Notes: generated by a model not told the origin, from the letters alone. Shown: positions 1 through 9,797, numbered from the stretch's first letter. The stretch: DNA of 64,000 bases from a virus (IMGVR_UViG_3300021964_010186:1-64000), one strand, 5' to 3'. Translations and numbers: made by a program.

Positions 1-2
1 CG

Positions 3-521
3 GAGTACAAGGAGAAGGCGAACATAACAGTGTTGTCCGGTGAGAGAAACGGCGCAACGGTTCCGACGGGAATCCATTTCGAGAATGAAAAGGGTGACTT
101 CAAGAACGACTACAGGTTCATGAACGCTGAGATCATCAACGAGAAACTTAAGACCGTTAAGTTCAAGGGTGTTAAGTGGGACGTCGAGATCGAGCCTACA
201 GTGGCAAGTGTGCAGAGATTCAACTTCCAGGCCACAGCAAACACAGAACACAATTCATTCGTCGTGAGGACGGAAGATGGAAATCTGGTATTCACCTTCG
301 GTGACCAAGCGTCACACGGTGGTGAGTTCGTTTTCGCAACCGACGTTAAGGGCACACTTAACAAGGGTTGGAGTTGGCCAGTGGGGCAGGTGTTACAGAT
401 ACTTAAACTTTCTGACTCAGCCAAGGTCACATTACACTTCTCTAACGAGGGTGCCATGATGGTCTCTGTTGATTCGGGACTGGGCAAGTACCAGTACATT
501 ATACCAGCACAGGCGCAATAA
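3..521 (+). CDS. Conserved large-phage protein, probable DNA polymerase sliding clamp (5'-truncated by window edge)
   Basis: Frame is open to the left edge (EYKEKANITVLSGERNG...). The beta-rich C-terminus FSNEGAMMVSVDSGLGKYQYIIPAQ resembles the end of PCNA/gp45-type clamps. Fold assignment is inference. Confidence 0.45.
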   Translation, partial: EYKEKANITVLSGERNGATVPTGIHFENEKGDFKNDYRFMNAEIINEKLKTVKFKGVKWDVEIEPTVASVQRFNFQATANTEHNSFVVRTEDGNLVFTFGDQASHGGEFVFATDVKGTLNKGWSWPVGQVLQILKLSDSAKVTLHFSNEGAMMVSVDSGLGKYQYIIPAQAQ

Positions 522-1966
522 TGACGACTAACGCAAAGCAAGAGCATCTAGGGGAACTCAGCAGAGACTTCGCGGTGTTCTTGCCTGCGATATCAAATTT
601 CTACAACACGTTCATTTCCAAACAGAGGGTATCAGAGGGCAAACACATCGCGGAGGACAGGATCCCCGAAGGATTCGAGAACGGTGTGGAGGGATTGAAC
701 TTCCTGAACCCAGAACAGGGCATGTTCACATACCCAACGGCACTGTACTCGGCGGGACACGCCTGCCTGGACATGGACAAAGTGGGCGACAGAGACCACA
801 TGTTCGTGAACAGAGATCGTAAGTTCAGCACCATAGTGGGCGACTCCGGAGGATACCAGATAGGCAAGGGTGTGATAAAATTCGACTGGAAAGATTTTGA
901 GGGAAACAAAGCAAACAAAGTTAGATCAGACATATTGAATTGGTTAGAATTAACAAGCGATTGGGCAATGACGCTGGACGTACCAACTTGGGCGGCGGAT
1001 GATCTCAATTCTCCAAAGACAGGGTTAAACAGTTTCCAGGACACACTGGAAGGAACAATATACAACAACAAGTTCTTCCAGAAAAACAGACTTGGACAAA
1101 CCAAACTATTGAACGTGCTACAGGGTGATGACTGGAACACGGCACAGATATGGTATGACGCTGTCAAAGACTTCGAATTTGAAGGATGGGCAATGGGAGG
1201 CATCAACATGTGTGACATGGAGGTCATGCTCAAACGTTTGATCATCATGAGGGACGAGAAGAAATTGGATGGCAAGGACTGGATGCACGTACTAGGCACA
1301 TCACAAATGGACTGGGGGTGTTATCTAACACAGGTGCAAAGACAGGTCAGGAAACACATCAATGCCAACTTCACTATAAGTTTTGATTCGGCATCGGCGT
1401 TCTTATCAACTGCCAACGGATTGGTCTATACACACAACTCATTCACACCAGACAGATGGTCGTTCGTCATGGACAAGGCACCGGATGACAAGAGATTGAA
1501 AGGATCAAAAATACAGTTTCCGTTTGACAGTGGGATTGGTAGAAGATTGACAATGGGAGATGTCTGCTATTACGGTGAGAATGATCTCAACAAGAATGGC
1601 AAGGTCGGCGCAACAAGTTGGGATAGTTTCAGTTATGTGTTGATGATGGCACACAACGTATACAACCAAATACGGGCTATACAGATCGCAAATGATCTCA
1701 ATGACATAGAATCTTTAAAACACAGACCAGAGGTCAAACATTGGCGTAAAACCAAAGCCAGTGACAAGACCGATGAACCTAGCATATACGTTCCAAGGAA
1801 CATACTGTATTTCAACACATTCGTAGAGGAAGTTTTCACCAGTGAGACCCCCATGGAGGTTATCTCAAACGCATCTAGTTACCTAGCAGATATCAGGGGC
1901 AACAGATGGGCTAGGGCAACAGGTGGTGGTAAAGGCACCAACAATTTTAGTTCTTTATTTGAATAG
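521..1966 (+). CDS. dpdA: TGT-fold guanine transglycosylase, DpdA-like (7-deazaguanine insertion into DNA)
   Basis: TGT motifs in order: DSGGYQ, MTLDVP, NVLQG, GWAMGG, HVLG, SFDSAS, AHN. It lacks the CxCxxC zinc site of tRNA TGT. FolE, QueE and YhhQ lie nearby. Confidence 0.75.
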   Translation: MTTNAKQEHLGELSRDFAVFLPAISNFYNTFISKQRVSEGKHIAEDRIPEGFENGVEGLNFLNPEQGMFTYPTALYSAGHACLDMDKVGDRDHMFVNRDRKFSTIVGDSGGYQIGKGVIKFDWKDFEGNKANKVRSDILNWLELTSDWAMTLDVPTWAADDLNSPKTGLNSFQDTLEGTIYNNKFFQKNRLGQTKLLNVLQGDDWNTAQIWYDAVKDFEFEGWAMGGINMCDMEVMLKRLIIMRDEKKLDGKDWMHVLGTSQMDWGCYLTQVQRQVRKHINANFTISFDSASAFLSTANGLVYTHNSFTPDRWSFVMDKAPDDKRLKGSKIQFPFDSGIGRRLTMGDVCYYGENDLNKNGKVGATSWDSFSYVLMMAHNVYNQIRAIQIANDLNDIESLKHRPEVKHWRKTKASDKTDEPSIYVPRNILYFNTFVEEVFTSETPMEVISNASSYLADIRGNRWARATGGGKGTNNFSSLFE

Positions 1967-1974
1967 GAGGAGAT

Positions 1975-2178
1975 ATGAAACTAACAAAGAGAAGAAGTAA
2001 AAAAATCAAGAAACTTGAGAAAGAACACGCATACCTCGACATGAAAGTGGCACAACTTACCAAGGACCGGCTCAAGGACAGGAGTTCTGAGAGCAAGGAA
2101 GTGCTTACCAGATTGAAGCGTACCAAGTTGATGATAAAAGATGCTATTGCGAAAGCAAAAGCCACATTGACAAGATAA
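1975..2178 (+). CDS. DUF465/YdcH-like coiled-coil protein
   Basis: EHxxLDxxV...LxRLKRxKLxIKDxI pattern; strong AGGAGG SD upstream. Confidence 0.7.
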   Translation: MKLTKRRSKKIKKLEKEHAYLDMKVAQLTKDRLKDRSSESKEVLTRLKRTKLMIKDAIAKAKATLTR

Positions 2179-2195
2179 TAAACACATCGTATAAT
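2167..2195 (+). promoter_or_regulatory. Perfect-consensus sigma70 promoter
   Basis: TTGACA(2167-2172)-17 nt-TATAAT(2190-2195); the next ATG is at 2202. Confidence 0.85.
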
Positions 2196-2201
2196 AAGGA
2201 T

Positions 2202-2738
2202 ATGGACAGAGATTACAAAACAGGCAAGAGCGAGAGTGTAGGTGTTTTTTCAGGCTTGGAGATAGAGCACACTCCGGCATACGGCAAACAGACCCTATTC
2301 CTGGCACGAAATGACCTGTTCTTTGACGACATTGTAAGACTGGCAGAAAAGGTAAATGCCAAAGCCATATATTTTGGTGCAAACAGAACGTTCATGTACA
2401 ACATCGCCAACCAACCGCAGTTGATCAAGCGTCTGATGAGGCGAGGGTACTGGTGCACCATAGACTACCCGCACAAGGATCACACGGAAGTCAAGGAGAG
2501 GTTCAAGGAAATATGGAACGAGGAGAAGTTCATACCTTTCTGTTCCATCATATTCCCAGACTCAGAGGGCGACGACAACCTGTGCATCAAGGTGGACGAT
2601 GTGGACTTCAACAAGACTAACCCGGGCGTATGGACCATGACCATGGATCACTTCAAGCAGTCAGCGGGATTCACTAGTTGGTCTGAATACAAGAAAGATG
2701 AACCCATAGAGGAGGCAGATGTCAAGAAAGCAATCTAA
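2202..2738 (+). CDS. Conserved phage hypothetical protein inside deazaguanine locus
   Basis: 178 aa ORF directly behind a consensus promoter; motifs GLEIEHTPAYGKQTLF and IKVDDVDFNKTNPGVW; function not recognised. Confidence 0.75.
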   Translation: MDRDYKTGKSESVGVFSGLEIEHTPAYGKQTLFLARNDLFFDDIVRLAEKVNAKAIYFGANRTFMYNIANQPQLIKRLMRRGYWCTIDYPHKDHTEVKERFKEIWNEEKFIPFCSIIFPDSEGDDNLCIKVDDVDFNKTNPGVWTMTMDHFKQSAGFTSWSEYKKDEPIEEADVKKAI

Positions 2739-2901
2739 AACGGACATGGGAATGTCTATGTATAATGAGTGGACGAGATGGAACAAGAAACTGGAGAAGA
2801 TGGGATTCCATGGCACCGACTACTACGTCAAGAGGGTGGAGGAACTGGAAGACAAAGTTAAAAAATTAGAAGAGAAACTGAAAAGGAAGGTTAAACAATG
2901 A
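2719..2901 (+). CDS. Hypothetical coiled-coil protein
   Basis: 60 aa, GAGGAGG SD, ATGA overlap with the next gene. Confidence 0.6.
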   Translation: MSRKQSKTDMGMSMYNEWTRWNKKLEKMGFHGTDYYVKRVEELEDKVKKLEEKLKRKVKQ

Positions 2902-3323
2902 ACACAGAAGAAGCGAGAGATCAGGCACTGAAAGAACAGGCGGGCAAGGCAAGTAAAATGATATGGGTCACGTTCCGCAAGGAAGGTATCCACAAGTACC
3001 CAGCGGCACTGGATGACCCAAAACTGGCCACAGGCGACGAGTATGATGTGAGTTTCCTTGGACACCCACACAGACACATATTCCACTTCAAAGTGGCCAT
3101 AGAGGTGTTCCACGACGACAGAGACATAGAATTCATACAGTTCAAGAGATGGATAGAGAACATGTACGCGGACGGCACGATGAAGTTAGACTACAAGAGC
3201 TGTGAAATGATATCAGATGATCTTTATGTGGCGATAGCGAAAAGATATCCAGGCAGGAAAATTGAAATAGATGTAAGTGAGGATGGCGAGAACGGATCAC
3301 ACGCGGTATATGAAAGAGAATAA
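2898..3323 (+). CDS. QueD-like T-fold protein with LxxxHRHxF motif (DpdL-like candidate)
   Basis: LGHPHRHIF replaces the QueD CxxxHGH motif; upstream His (EGIH), SCE motif and terminal V-x-E-D-G-E-N as in PTPS/QueD T-folds. Confidence 0.7.
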   Translation: MNTEEARDQALKEQAGKASKMIWVTFRKEGIHKYPAALDDPKLATGDEYDVSFLGHPHRHIFHFKVAIEVFHDDRDIEFIQFKRWIENMYADGTMKLDYKSCEMISDDLYVAIAKRYPGRKIEIDVSEDGENGSHAVYERE

Positions 3324-4251
3324 ACACACGAAGGTACTGATAATAGGTTCTGGACCTGCAGGTTACACAGCGGCCATCTACGCCGCAAGGGCTATGCTGA
3401 AGCCCATGTTGGTACAGGGCATTCAGCCCGGTGGACAACTGACCATAACCACAGATGTCGAGAATTACCCAGGATTTGGAGATGTGATACAGGGTCCATG
3501 GTTAATGGAACAGATGGAGAAGCAGGCACGTGCTGTTGGTACGGAAATAATCAGTGACATGATCAGTCGTGTTGACTTCAGCAAACGACCATTCGAGGCG
3601 TTAGGAGATAGTGGAACAGTATACACAGCAGACACAGTGATAATATCAACGGGTGCCCAAGCAAGATGGTTGGGACTTGACAATGAAAAGAAGTTCTCAG
3701 GATTTGGTGTCAGTGCGTGTGCGACCTGTGATGGGTTCTTCTTCAAGGACAAGGAAGTAGCAGTAGTGGGCGGCGGTAACAGTGCTGTTGAAGAAGCGTT
3801 GTATCTGTCACACATAGCCAGCCGGGTACATCTCATACACAGGAGAGACAGCCTTAAGGCGGAGAAAATAGCACAGGACAGATTGTTCGCAAACGAAAAG
3901 ATAAACGTGATATGGAACAGCAGGGTGAAAGACATCGTGGGCACAGAGGATCCGATCAGTGTCACAGGTGTAACACTGGAGAACACATCAGACGGAACGG
4001 AATCAACACTGAACATAGATGGACTGTTCGTGGCGATAGGACATGATCCAGCAACCAAACTGTTCAAGGACCAAGTGGTGATGGATAATGAAGGTTACAT
4101 AGTAACAGCACCAGACTCCACGGCGACCAACATACCAGGTGTGTACGCGGCAGGTGATGTCAAGGACAAGACATACAGACAGGCGGTCACAGCGGCAGGC
4201 ATGGGGTGCATGGCGGCCTTAGAGGCAGAGAAATTCATACAAGGACAATAG
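3310..4251 (+). CDS. trxB: Thioredoxin-disulfide reductase
   Basis: IIGSGPAG FAD motif, CATCDG redox centre, GGGNSA, HRRD, AAGD. Start moved to ATG 3310 (MKENKHTK). Confidence 0.95.
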   Translation: MKENKHTKVLIIGSGPAGYTAAIYAARAMLKPMLVQGIQPGGQLTITTDVENYPGFGDVIQGPWLMEQMEKQARAVGTEIISDMISRVDFSKRPFEALGDSGTVYTADTVIISTGAQARWLGLDNEKKFSGFGVSACATCDGFFFKDKEVAVVGGGNSAVEEALYLSHIASRVHLIHRRDSLKAEKIAQDRLFANEKINVIWNSRVKDIVGTEDPISVTGVTLENTSDGTESTLNIDGLFVAIGHDPATKLFKDQVVMDNEGYIVTAPDSTATNIPGVYAAGDVKDKTYRQAVTAAGMGCMAALEAEKFIQGQ

Positions 4252-4253
4252 AC

Positions 4254-4574
4254 ATGAAAGAGATCAACATAAAAGAGAAGAGAGCAACCACCAGACAAGG
4301 ATACCTGCCCATTGAAGGTGGTGGACTTAACGCTTCGTACTCTACGGTGGACGCGGTGGCCAACATATGTGCCACAGCCGGCAACCTGGGCATGAAGTAC
4401 GGAAAGGATTTCATCTGGTCACACACGGACTACGATGACAACATGGACGAGTGCGTCACTCTGTTGGTGAAGGAAGACAAGTATGAATCATTCCTGCACC
4501 TGGCCCTACAGAATGAACACAGGATCAAACACACAACAACGGGCAAAATCAAACTAGTCAAGGAGAGAAGATAA
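4254..4574 (+). CDS. Hypothetical protein
   Basis: Fills the gap between trxB and peroxiredoxin; start ATG 4254. Confidence 0.65.
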   Translation: MKEINIKEKRATTRQGYLPIEGGGLNASYSTVDAVANICATAGNLGMKYGKDFIWSHTDYDDNMDECVTLLVKEDKYESFLHLALQNEHRIKHTTTGKIKLVKERR

Positions 4575-5108
4575 ATGAAGGTACCATACACAAACTTTAA
4601 AACAAGGATAGGCGACGACCAAGCGGTTGGTGGTTGTGCGCTCATAGGTGGCGAATGGAAGGACGTCGACACCACTGAGATATTTGACAACAAGAAAGTG
4701 GTCGTTTTCGCACTGCCAGGAGCATTCACACCCACATGCAGTTCACAACAACTGCCGGGATACGAGGAGAAGTATGACGAGTTGAAAGCACAGGGCGTTG
4801 ACGAGGTGTACTGCCTGTCAGTGAACGATGCTTTCGTCATGAACGCATGGGCAAGGGATCAGAAGATCGAGAAAGTAAAAGTTCTACCAGACGGTTCGGG
4901 CGTGTTCACACAGGGAATGGGCATGTTGATCAACAAGGACCACCTGGGATTTGGAATGAGATCGTGGAGATACTCGATGTTAGTGGACAACGGAGAGGTT
5001 GTTAAAATTTTCGAAGAGCCAGGTAAGAACAACGCTGGCGATGACCAGGATCCGTTCGAAGTATCAGATGCTGACACAATGATCAACTACCTTAAAAATA
5101 ATGGCTAA
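4575..5108 (+). CDS. Peroxiredoxin (PRX5-like/Redoxin family)
   Basis: PGAFTPTCS active site, SVNDAFVM, RSWRYSM. Confidence 0.93.
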   Translation: MKVPYTNFKTRIGDDQAVGGCALIGGEWKDVDTTEIFDNKKVVVFALPGAFTPTCSSQQLPGYEEKYDELKAQGVDEVYCLSVNDAFVMNAWARDQKIEKVKVLPDGSGVFTQGMGMLINKDHLGFGMRSWRYSMLVDNGEVVKIFEEPGKNNAGDDQDPFEVSDADTMINYLKNNG

Positions 5109-5289
5109 TTGGGACGGTAAATCCAGACCCAGCACCGACAAGTATCGCGATAACTGGGATGACATCTTCATTAAGAAGAGTTGTCCCTGCGGTAGATCAC
5201 CAACAGGTAAGTGTATAGGCTGGCACGGGTTGACGGAAAGCGAATATCAAGTTAAACTACAAGAGTGGAATGAAAAACATGCTGATTAG
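5101..5289 (+). CDS. Small protein with CDGSH-like 3Cys-1His motif
   Basis: CPCGRSPTGKCIGWH resembles the CxCxxSxxxPxCDGxH pattern of CDGSH [2Fe-2S] domains. Confidence 0.55.
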   Translation: MANWDGKSRPSTDKYRDNWDDIFIKKSCPCGRSPTGKCIGWHGLTESEYQVKLQEWNEKHAD

Positions 5290-5587
5290 ATTGATCTTCG
5301 AACCCGAACCCAACGTCAATGTCAACCATGACAGGATGTTCGAGTTCTACTCCGAGAACTACCTCAGCGATTTTAACACCACATGGGGTGGCACTATAGT
5401 AATGGATAACTTTACAAAAAAACATTACAGGCTTGAGCCTTGCTACCAGAGGTACATAGAAAGTTCACGTGGCGATCAATTAACTCTAAATAAGATCATG
5501 GAATACGTCAAACAGAATCCAATGGCTGGATACACAACACACATATACGCAAACCCAGACGGGGGAAATGAGGTCAAACAACTATGA
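5270..5587 (+). CDS. Hypothetical protein
   Basis: 105 aa ORF overlapping both neighbours (ATGA overlap at 5584). Confidence 0.6.
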   Translation: MKNMLIRLIFEPEPNVNVNHDRMFEFYSENYLSDFNTTWGGTIVMDNFTKKHYRLEPCYQRYIESSRGDQLTLNKIMEYVKQNPMAGYTTHIYANPDGGNEVKQL

Positions 5588-6753
5588 AGATATTTTACAT
5601 GGGTCTAGAGCCCTACGAAGGCAGATACACACTACAACTACAGGACTGGACTGAAAGAGCATACAAGAAGCGTGGCATAGACTACGTGGTTGTACCAGGT
5701 ACCACCATAGACGACACCAAGGCCATCAGTGTTGGACAAGTGTTGGATGCACACGGTAGATCATACTTCAGCATGAGCCAGATGATGAATCTAGTACAGA
5801 TGATGCGTAACGGTGAGGTCACCAATAAGGACGTCATATTCTTTGAGGACATGTTCCAACCGGGCATAGAATCACTGCCGTATATCTTGAACCAAGTAGA
5901 CGACAAACACAGACCAACCATATACCTCAGATGTCTAGCACAGGCCATCGATCCCGACGACTTCGTACACGTTTGGGGCATGAGTAAATGGATGAGCATG
6001 TACGAACATATGTGTAACGAGATACCAAACGTGAACATACTGGCAACCAATGAGGAGATGGTAGCACACATGAGGATAGCCAACTGGTCAGCACCAATCT
6101 ACAACATATCAGGATTATCGTTTGGCAAGGAAGAAGTACAGGGCAGGGTGGAAAACGTCAAACCATTCTTCGAACGAAAGATGAGGGTAATATTTGGTGC
6201 CAGATGGGATCAAGAGAAGCAACCACAGTTCTTCATGGACCTGGCAACGAAATATAAAGAGAAAAATCCAGACGTGGAATTCGCAATATGCCAAGGTGGT
6301 CCACTACGATCAAACAACGAGTTTTATGTACAAGAAGCCAAACACCTGGCGAAAGAAGGCATACTAACCATACATGAGAACCTGAAGAAGAACGAATATT
6401 ATGAGATACTGGCTGACTCCAGGGTCATGTTCAACTGTGCTTTACAGGACTGGGTGTCAAATACAGTGAGTGAAGCGGACTCGCTTGGGTGTAATACACT
6501 ATTCCCGGCATACAGATCATTCCCGGAGACTTTCGCAAATGATCATACGAGATTGTATGTGCCATGGTCACAACAGGATGCCATGGACAAACTAGAAGTA
6601 CTATTAAGCAAACCATCCCCTAGTATAGGCAAGATATCTGACTGGACCAACGGTACCATAGACAGGATGATTGACATTATGACAGGCAAGGGTGAACAAT
6701 GGAGAAGAGATGGACAACACTACAGAACCCCAGTATCAGAATCCAAGTATTAA
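5584..6753 (+). CDS. GT-B fold glycosyltransferase (GT4-like)
   Basis: C-terminal ARWDQEKQP, YYEILADSRVMF, SEADSLGC and FPE segments are typical of GT-B donor-binding domains; coupled to galE. Confidence 0.7.
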   Translation: MKIFYMGLEPYEGRYTLQLQDWTERAYKKRGIDYVVVPGTTIDDTKAISVGQVLDAHGRSYFSMSQMMNLVQMMRNGEVTNKDVIFFEDMFQPGIESLPYILNQVDDKHRPTIYLRCLAQAIDPDDFVHVWGMSKWMSMYEHMCNEIPNVNILATNEEMVAHMRIANWSAPIYNISGLSFGKEEVQGRVENVKPFFERKMRVIFGARWDQEKQPQFFMDLATKYKEKNPDVEFAICQGGPLRSNNEFYVQEAKHLAKEGILTIHENLKKNEYYEILADSRVMFNCALQDWVSNTVSEADSLGCNTLFPAYRSFPETFANDHTRLYVPWSQQDAMDKLEVLLSKPSPSIGKISDWTNGTIDRMIDIMTGKGEQWRRDGQHYRTPVSESKY

Positions 6754-7741
6754 AGGTGTAAACAAGGCAGTGCTAGTCACTGGTGGTGCGGGCTACGTAG
6801 GCTCACACACTTGTAAACTGTTGGCCAAGAATGGTTATCTACCTGTAACTGTGGATCGACACTACAGGGATGGATTGGTATCCTTTGGGCCGACACATAA
6901 TTTAAATCTACCACAAGAGATGGACAGGTTGGACGAGATCATAAAGAGATACAACATAACCAGTTGCATACACTTCGCGGGTAGCACCAGTGTGCCCGAG
7001 AGCGTGGAGAATCCGTCCTTGTACTACAAAAACAATTTCATAACAACGGTGTCATTATTAGACAAGTTGATAGCATGTGATGTGAAGACTTTCGTCTATT
7101 CATCAAGCGCGGCCACATATGGTGATCCTGGAATGAAACTGTGTAAGGAATCAGATCCGGCGAAACCTATAAGTGCCTACGGTGCCAGCAAACTCATGAT
7201 GGAGATGTTATGTAAAGACTACCTGAGGGCATACGGTCTATCAAGCGTGGGACTAAGATATTTCAACGCCGCGGGTGCTGACCCAGAATCGGAAGTGGGG
7301 GAACTAAGAGAAAAGGAAACACACATAATACCGTTGGCGATAGATGCCGCCAGACAAGGCAGAACATTCAAGATATTTGGAGACAAGTATCCAACCGATG
7401 ACGGAACTTGTGTCAGAGACTACGTGCATGTAATGGATTTGGCGGATGCTCATATAAAAGCACTGAACTACGCCTCTAACAATCAAACATCGGAGGTGTT
7501 CAATCTAGGATCGGGAGCACCAGCATCAAATAAACAACTTTTAGATACAGTACAGAAATACACAGGAGAAATGAAAATAGAGATGCACGAGAACAGACCA
7601 GGTGATCCAGCATACCTTGTGGCGGACATCACAAAGGTAAAGGAAATATTAGGGTGGGAACCAACACAGAGTTCAATTGACAACGTGGTGGCGACTGCTG
7701 TACAATGGTATAACAAGACACACAAGAAGGAAATACAATAA
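6710..7741 (+). CDS. galE: UDP-glucose 4-epimerase
   Basis: TGGAGYVG, HFAG, SSSAATYG, YGASK, LRYFNAAGA, DGTCVRDYVHVMDLADAH. ATG 6710 has a GGAG SD. Confidence 0.9.
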   Translation: MDNTTEPQYQNPSIKGVNKAVLVTGGAGYVGSHTCKLLAKNGYLPVTVDRHYRDGLVSFGPTHNLNLPQEMDRLDEIIKRYNITSCIHFAGSTSVPESVENPSLYYKNNFITTVSLLDKLIACDVKTFVYSSSAATYGDPGMKLCKESDPAKPISAYGASKLMMEMLCKDYLRAYGLSSVGLRYFNAAGADPESEVGELREKETHIIPLAIDAARQGRTFKIFGDKYPTDDGTCVRDYVHVMDLADAHIKALNYASNNQTSEVFNLGSGAPASNKQLLDTVQKYTGEMKIEMHENRPGDPAYLVADITKVKEILGWEPTQSSIDNVVATAVQWYNKTHKKEIQ

Positions 7742-8454
7742 TGAGCGAAGATATATTGAAGGACAGTTGGATGCCAGACACACCAATCAGCACGAAAATA
7801 AAAGAGAGAATCAAGAAAGCGGGCAAGAGATTCCATGCCAATGACAATATAGCGGATTACATAGAAGATGGTGAGATAGATCTCCTACAATCAGAGGTAC
7901 AAGAGAAACTACAAGGTGTTTTGGACAGTCTTGTGATTGACACGGAGAATGATCACAATACACAGGAAACAGCGAAACGTGTGGCCAAGATGTACATCAG
8001 AGAGACGTTCGGCGGCAGGTTCAAACCAATGCCTAGGGTGACCAGTTTCCCCAACATGGGTTACAAAAGTATGTACACAAGTGGTCCAATATCTATCAGA
8101 TCAACCTGTGCCCATCATTTCCAGAACATCGTGGGCAGGGCATGGGTGGGTATAATCCCCAATGGTGAGGTTATCGGATTGAGTAAATTTAATAGGATTG
8201 TACATCACATAGTGGAGAGACCACAGATACAAGAGGAGATGACAACACAAATAGCAGAGGAACTGAAGAAATATGCCAAGACAGAAAACATAGCGGTGGT
8301 TGTAAAAGCAGAACATCACTGCATGACGCACAGGGGTGTCAGAGAACACGAGTCAGACATGACCACGGCGATCATGCTGGGCGCATTCAAAGACGATCCG
8401 GCCACAAGGGACGAGTTCTACAAAATCTGCATGAGCATGAAGGGCCATGGCTAA
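7741..8454 (+). CDS. folE: GTP cyclohydrolase I
   Basis: ETAKRVAK, STCAHHF, GLSKFNR, QIQEE, AEHHCM..RG. Confidence 0.95.
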   Translation: MSEDILKDSWMPDTPISTKIKERIKKAGKRFHANDNIADYIEDGEIDLLQSEVQEKLQGVLDSLVIDTENDHNTQETAKRVAKMYIRETFGGRFKPMPRVTSFPNMGYKSMYTSGPISIRSTCAHHFQNIVGRAWVGIIPNGEVIGLSKFNRIVHHIVERPQIQEEMTTQIAEELKKYAKTENIAVVVKAEHHCMTHRGVREHESDMTTAIMLGAFKDDPATRDEFYKICMSMKGHG

Positions 8455-8758
8455 GAAAAAATTGACAAAGAAAGAAAAAAAGATAGCAAACGATCTCTGG
8501 GAATTTTCAACACAGAACACCATGGAAACAAGTTCAGATGGCATACAGAACACCGGAAACTTCACATATTCGTTCGCTGACCTAGATGACGACTTTGACT
8601 TGAACACCGGAACAGTGTCGTCAAGTTTCACAGTTGATCTACCTATTTTTGATGACGCAAGTTTAAGATCAAAATATCCTGCACTACAAGACGCGTGGGA
8701 TCACTACAACAACGTGAAGAAGATGTGCGAGTCAAAGGAGCAAGAAGATGAGGATTAA
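8447..8758 (+). CDS. Hypothetical protein
   Basis: 103 aa; C-terminal KYPALQDAWDHY segment; overlaps both neighbours. Confidence 0.65.
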   Translation: MAKKKLTKKEKKIANDLWEFSTQNTMETSSDGIQNTGNFTYSFADLDDDFDLNTGTVSSSFTVDLPIFDDASLRSKYPALQDAWDHYNNVKKMCESKEQEDED

Positions 8759-9797
8759 GGAAGACATAAAATTGAATTTCGATGACGTGCTGATGGAACC
8801 CAAGCGTTCCACACTGAGTTCGAGGAGGGACGTGGACATGACACGCAAGTTCACTTTCCGTAACTCAGGCAAGGTCATGCAGTTCACTCCCATATTCGCT
8901 AGTAACATGGACGGTGTGGGCACGTTCTCGATGGCCAAAGTGCTACAGGAACACAAAATGATGACGGTTATCACCAAGAGCACCACCATAGAGGAATGGA
9001 GGGAAGCAGTGGGATCGGGACTTAGACTACAGAGTGTCTCCGTTTGCACGGGCACCAACAAGATATGGGATCCGGAGGCAGAGGACTACGCGAGAATGCA
9101 GGACGTGTTGAGAAGTTTCCCAGACGTAAAGATGATAACAATAGATGTTGCCAACGCATACCACCAGAACTTCGTGGACTTCATCAAGATGGTCAGAGAC
9201 GAGTACCCAGAGAAGGTCATAGTGGCTGGCAATGTTGTCACACCAGAGATGGTAGAGGAACTGATCATAAACGGTGCTGACATGGTCAAGATAGGCATAG
9301 GACCGGGTTCGGTCTGCACCACGAGGACGATGACAGGCATAGGTGTTCCACAGTTTTCAGCGATAGTGGAATGTGCTGACGCGGCCAATGGAGTGGATGG
9401 ACACATAATGGCTGACGGCGGTTGTGTGTGGCCAGGAGACATCGCTAAAGCGTTCGGTGGCGGGGCACACGCAGTCATGATTGGCGGTATGTTGGCAGGA
9501 CACGACGAGTCAGAACAACCAGTGGTGGACGGAAAGGTAGAATTTTACGGCATGAGCTCAGACAGGGCTCGTGAGAAACACGGAAAACGTAAGGACGGAT
9601 ACAGGGGCAACGAGGGAAGATGGATAAGCCTACCCCACAGAGGACCTGTGAACCCAACAGTGGAAGACATACTGGGCGGGGTTAGATCGGCGGCAACCTA
9701 TATCGGTGCGCGTAGATTGAAGGACATGCCCAAGTGCGCTACATTCGTCAGGGTAGAAAACAACATCAACAGGGTCTATGAGCGTTACACCAAATAG
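8748..9797 (+). CDS. guaC: GMP reductase
   Basis: PKRSTLSSR, ASNMDGVGTF, IDVANAY, GIGPGSVCTTR, ADGGC, FYGMSS, YRGNEGR; no CBS domains. Confidence 0.92.
   Translation: MRIKEDIKLNFDDVLMEPKRSTLSSRRDVDMTRKFTFRNSGKVMQFTPIFASNMDGVGTFSMAKVLQEHKMMTVITKSTTIEEWREAVGSGLRLQSVSVCTGTNKIWDPEAEDYARMQDVLRSFPDVKMITIDVANAYHQNFVDFIKMVRDEYPEKVIVAGNVVTPEMVEELIINGADMVKIGIGPGSVCTTRTMTGIGVPQFSAIVECADAANGVDGHIMADGGCVWPGDIAKAFGGGAHAVMIGGMLAGHDESEQPVVDGKVEFYGMSSDRAREKHGKRKDGYRGNEGRWISLPHRGPVNPTVEDILGGVRSAATYIGARRLKDMPKCATFVRVENNINRVYERYTK

Noticed and set aside
521-1966. Canonical tRNA-guanine transglycosylase (tgt)
   Set aside because: It lacks the CxCxxC zinc motif and the usual TPxFMPVGT N-terminus; phage context favours a DpdA-like enzyme, although a tRNA target is not excluded.
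8748-9797. IMP dehydrogenase (guaB)
   Set aside because: No CBS domains; PKRSTLSSR, ASNMDGVGTF and FYGMSS fit GuaC.
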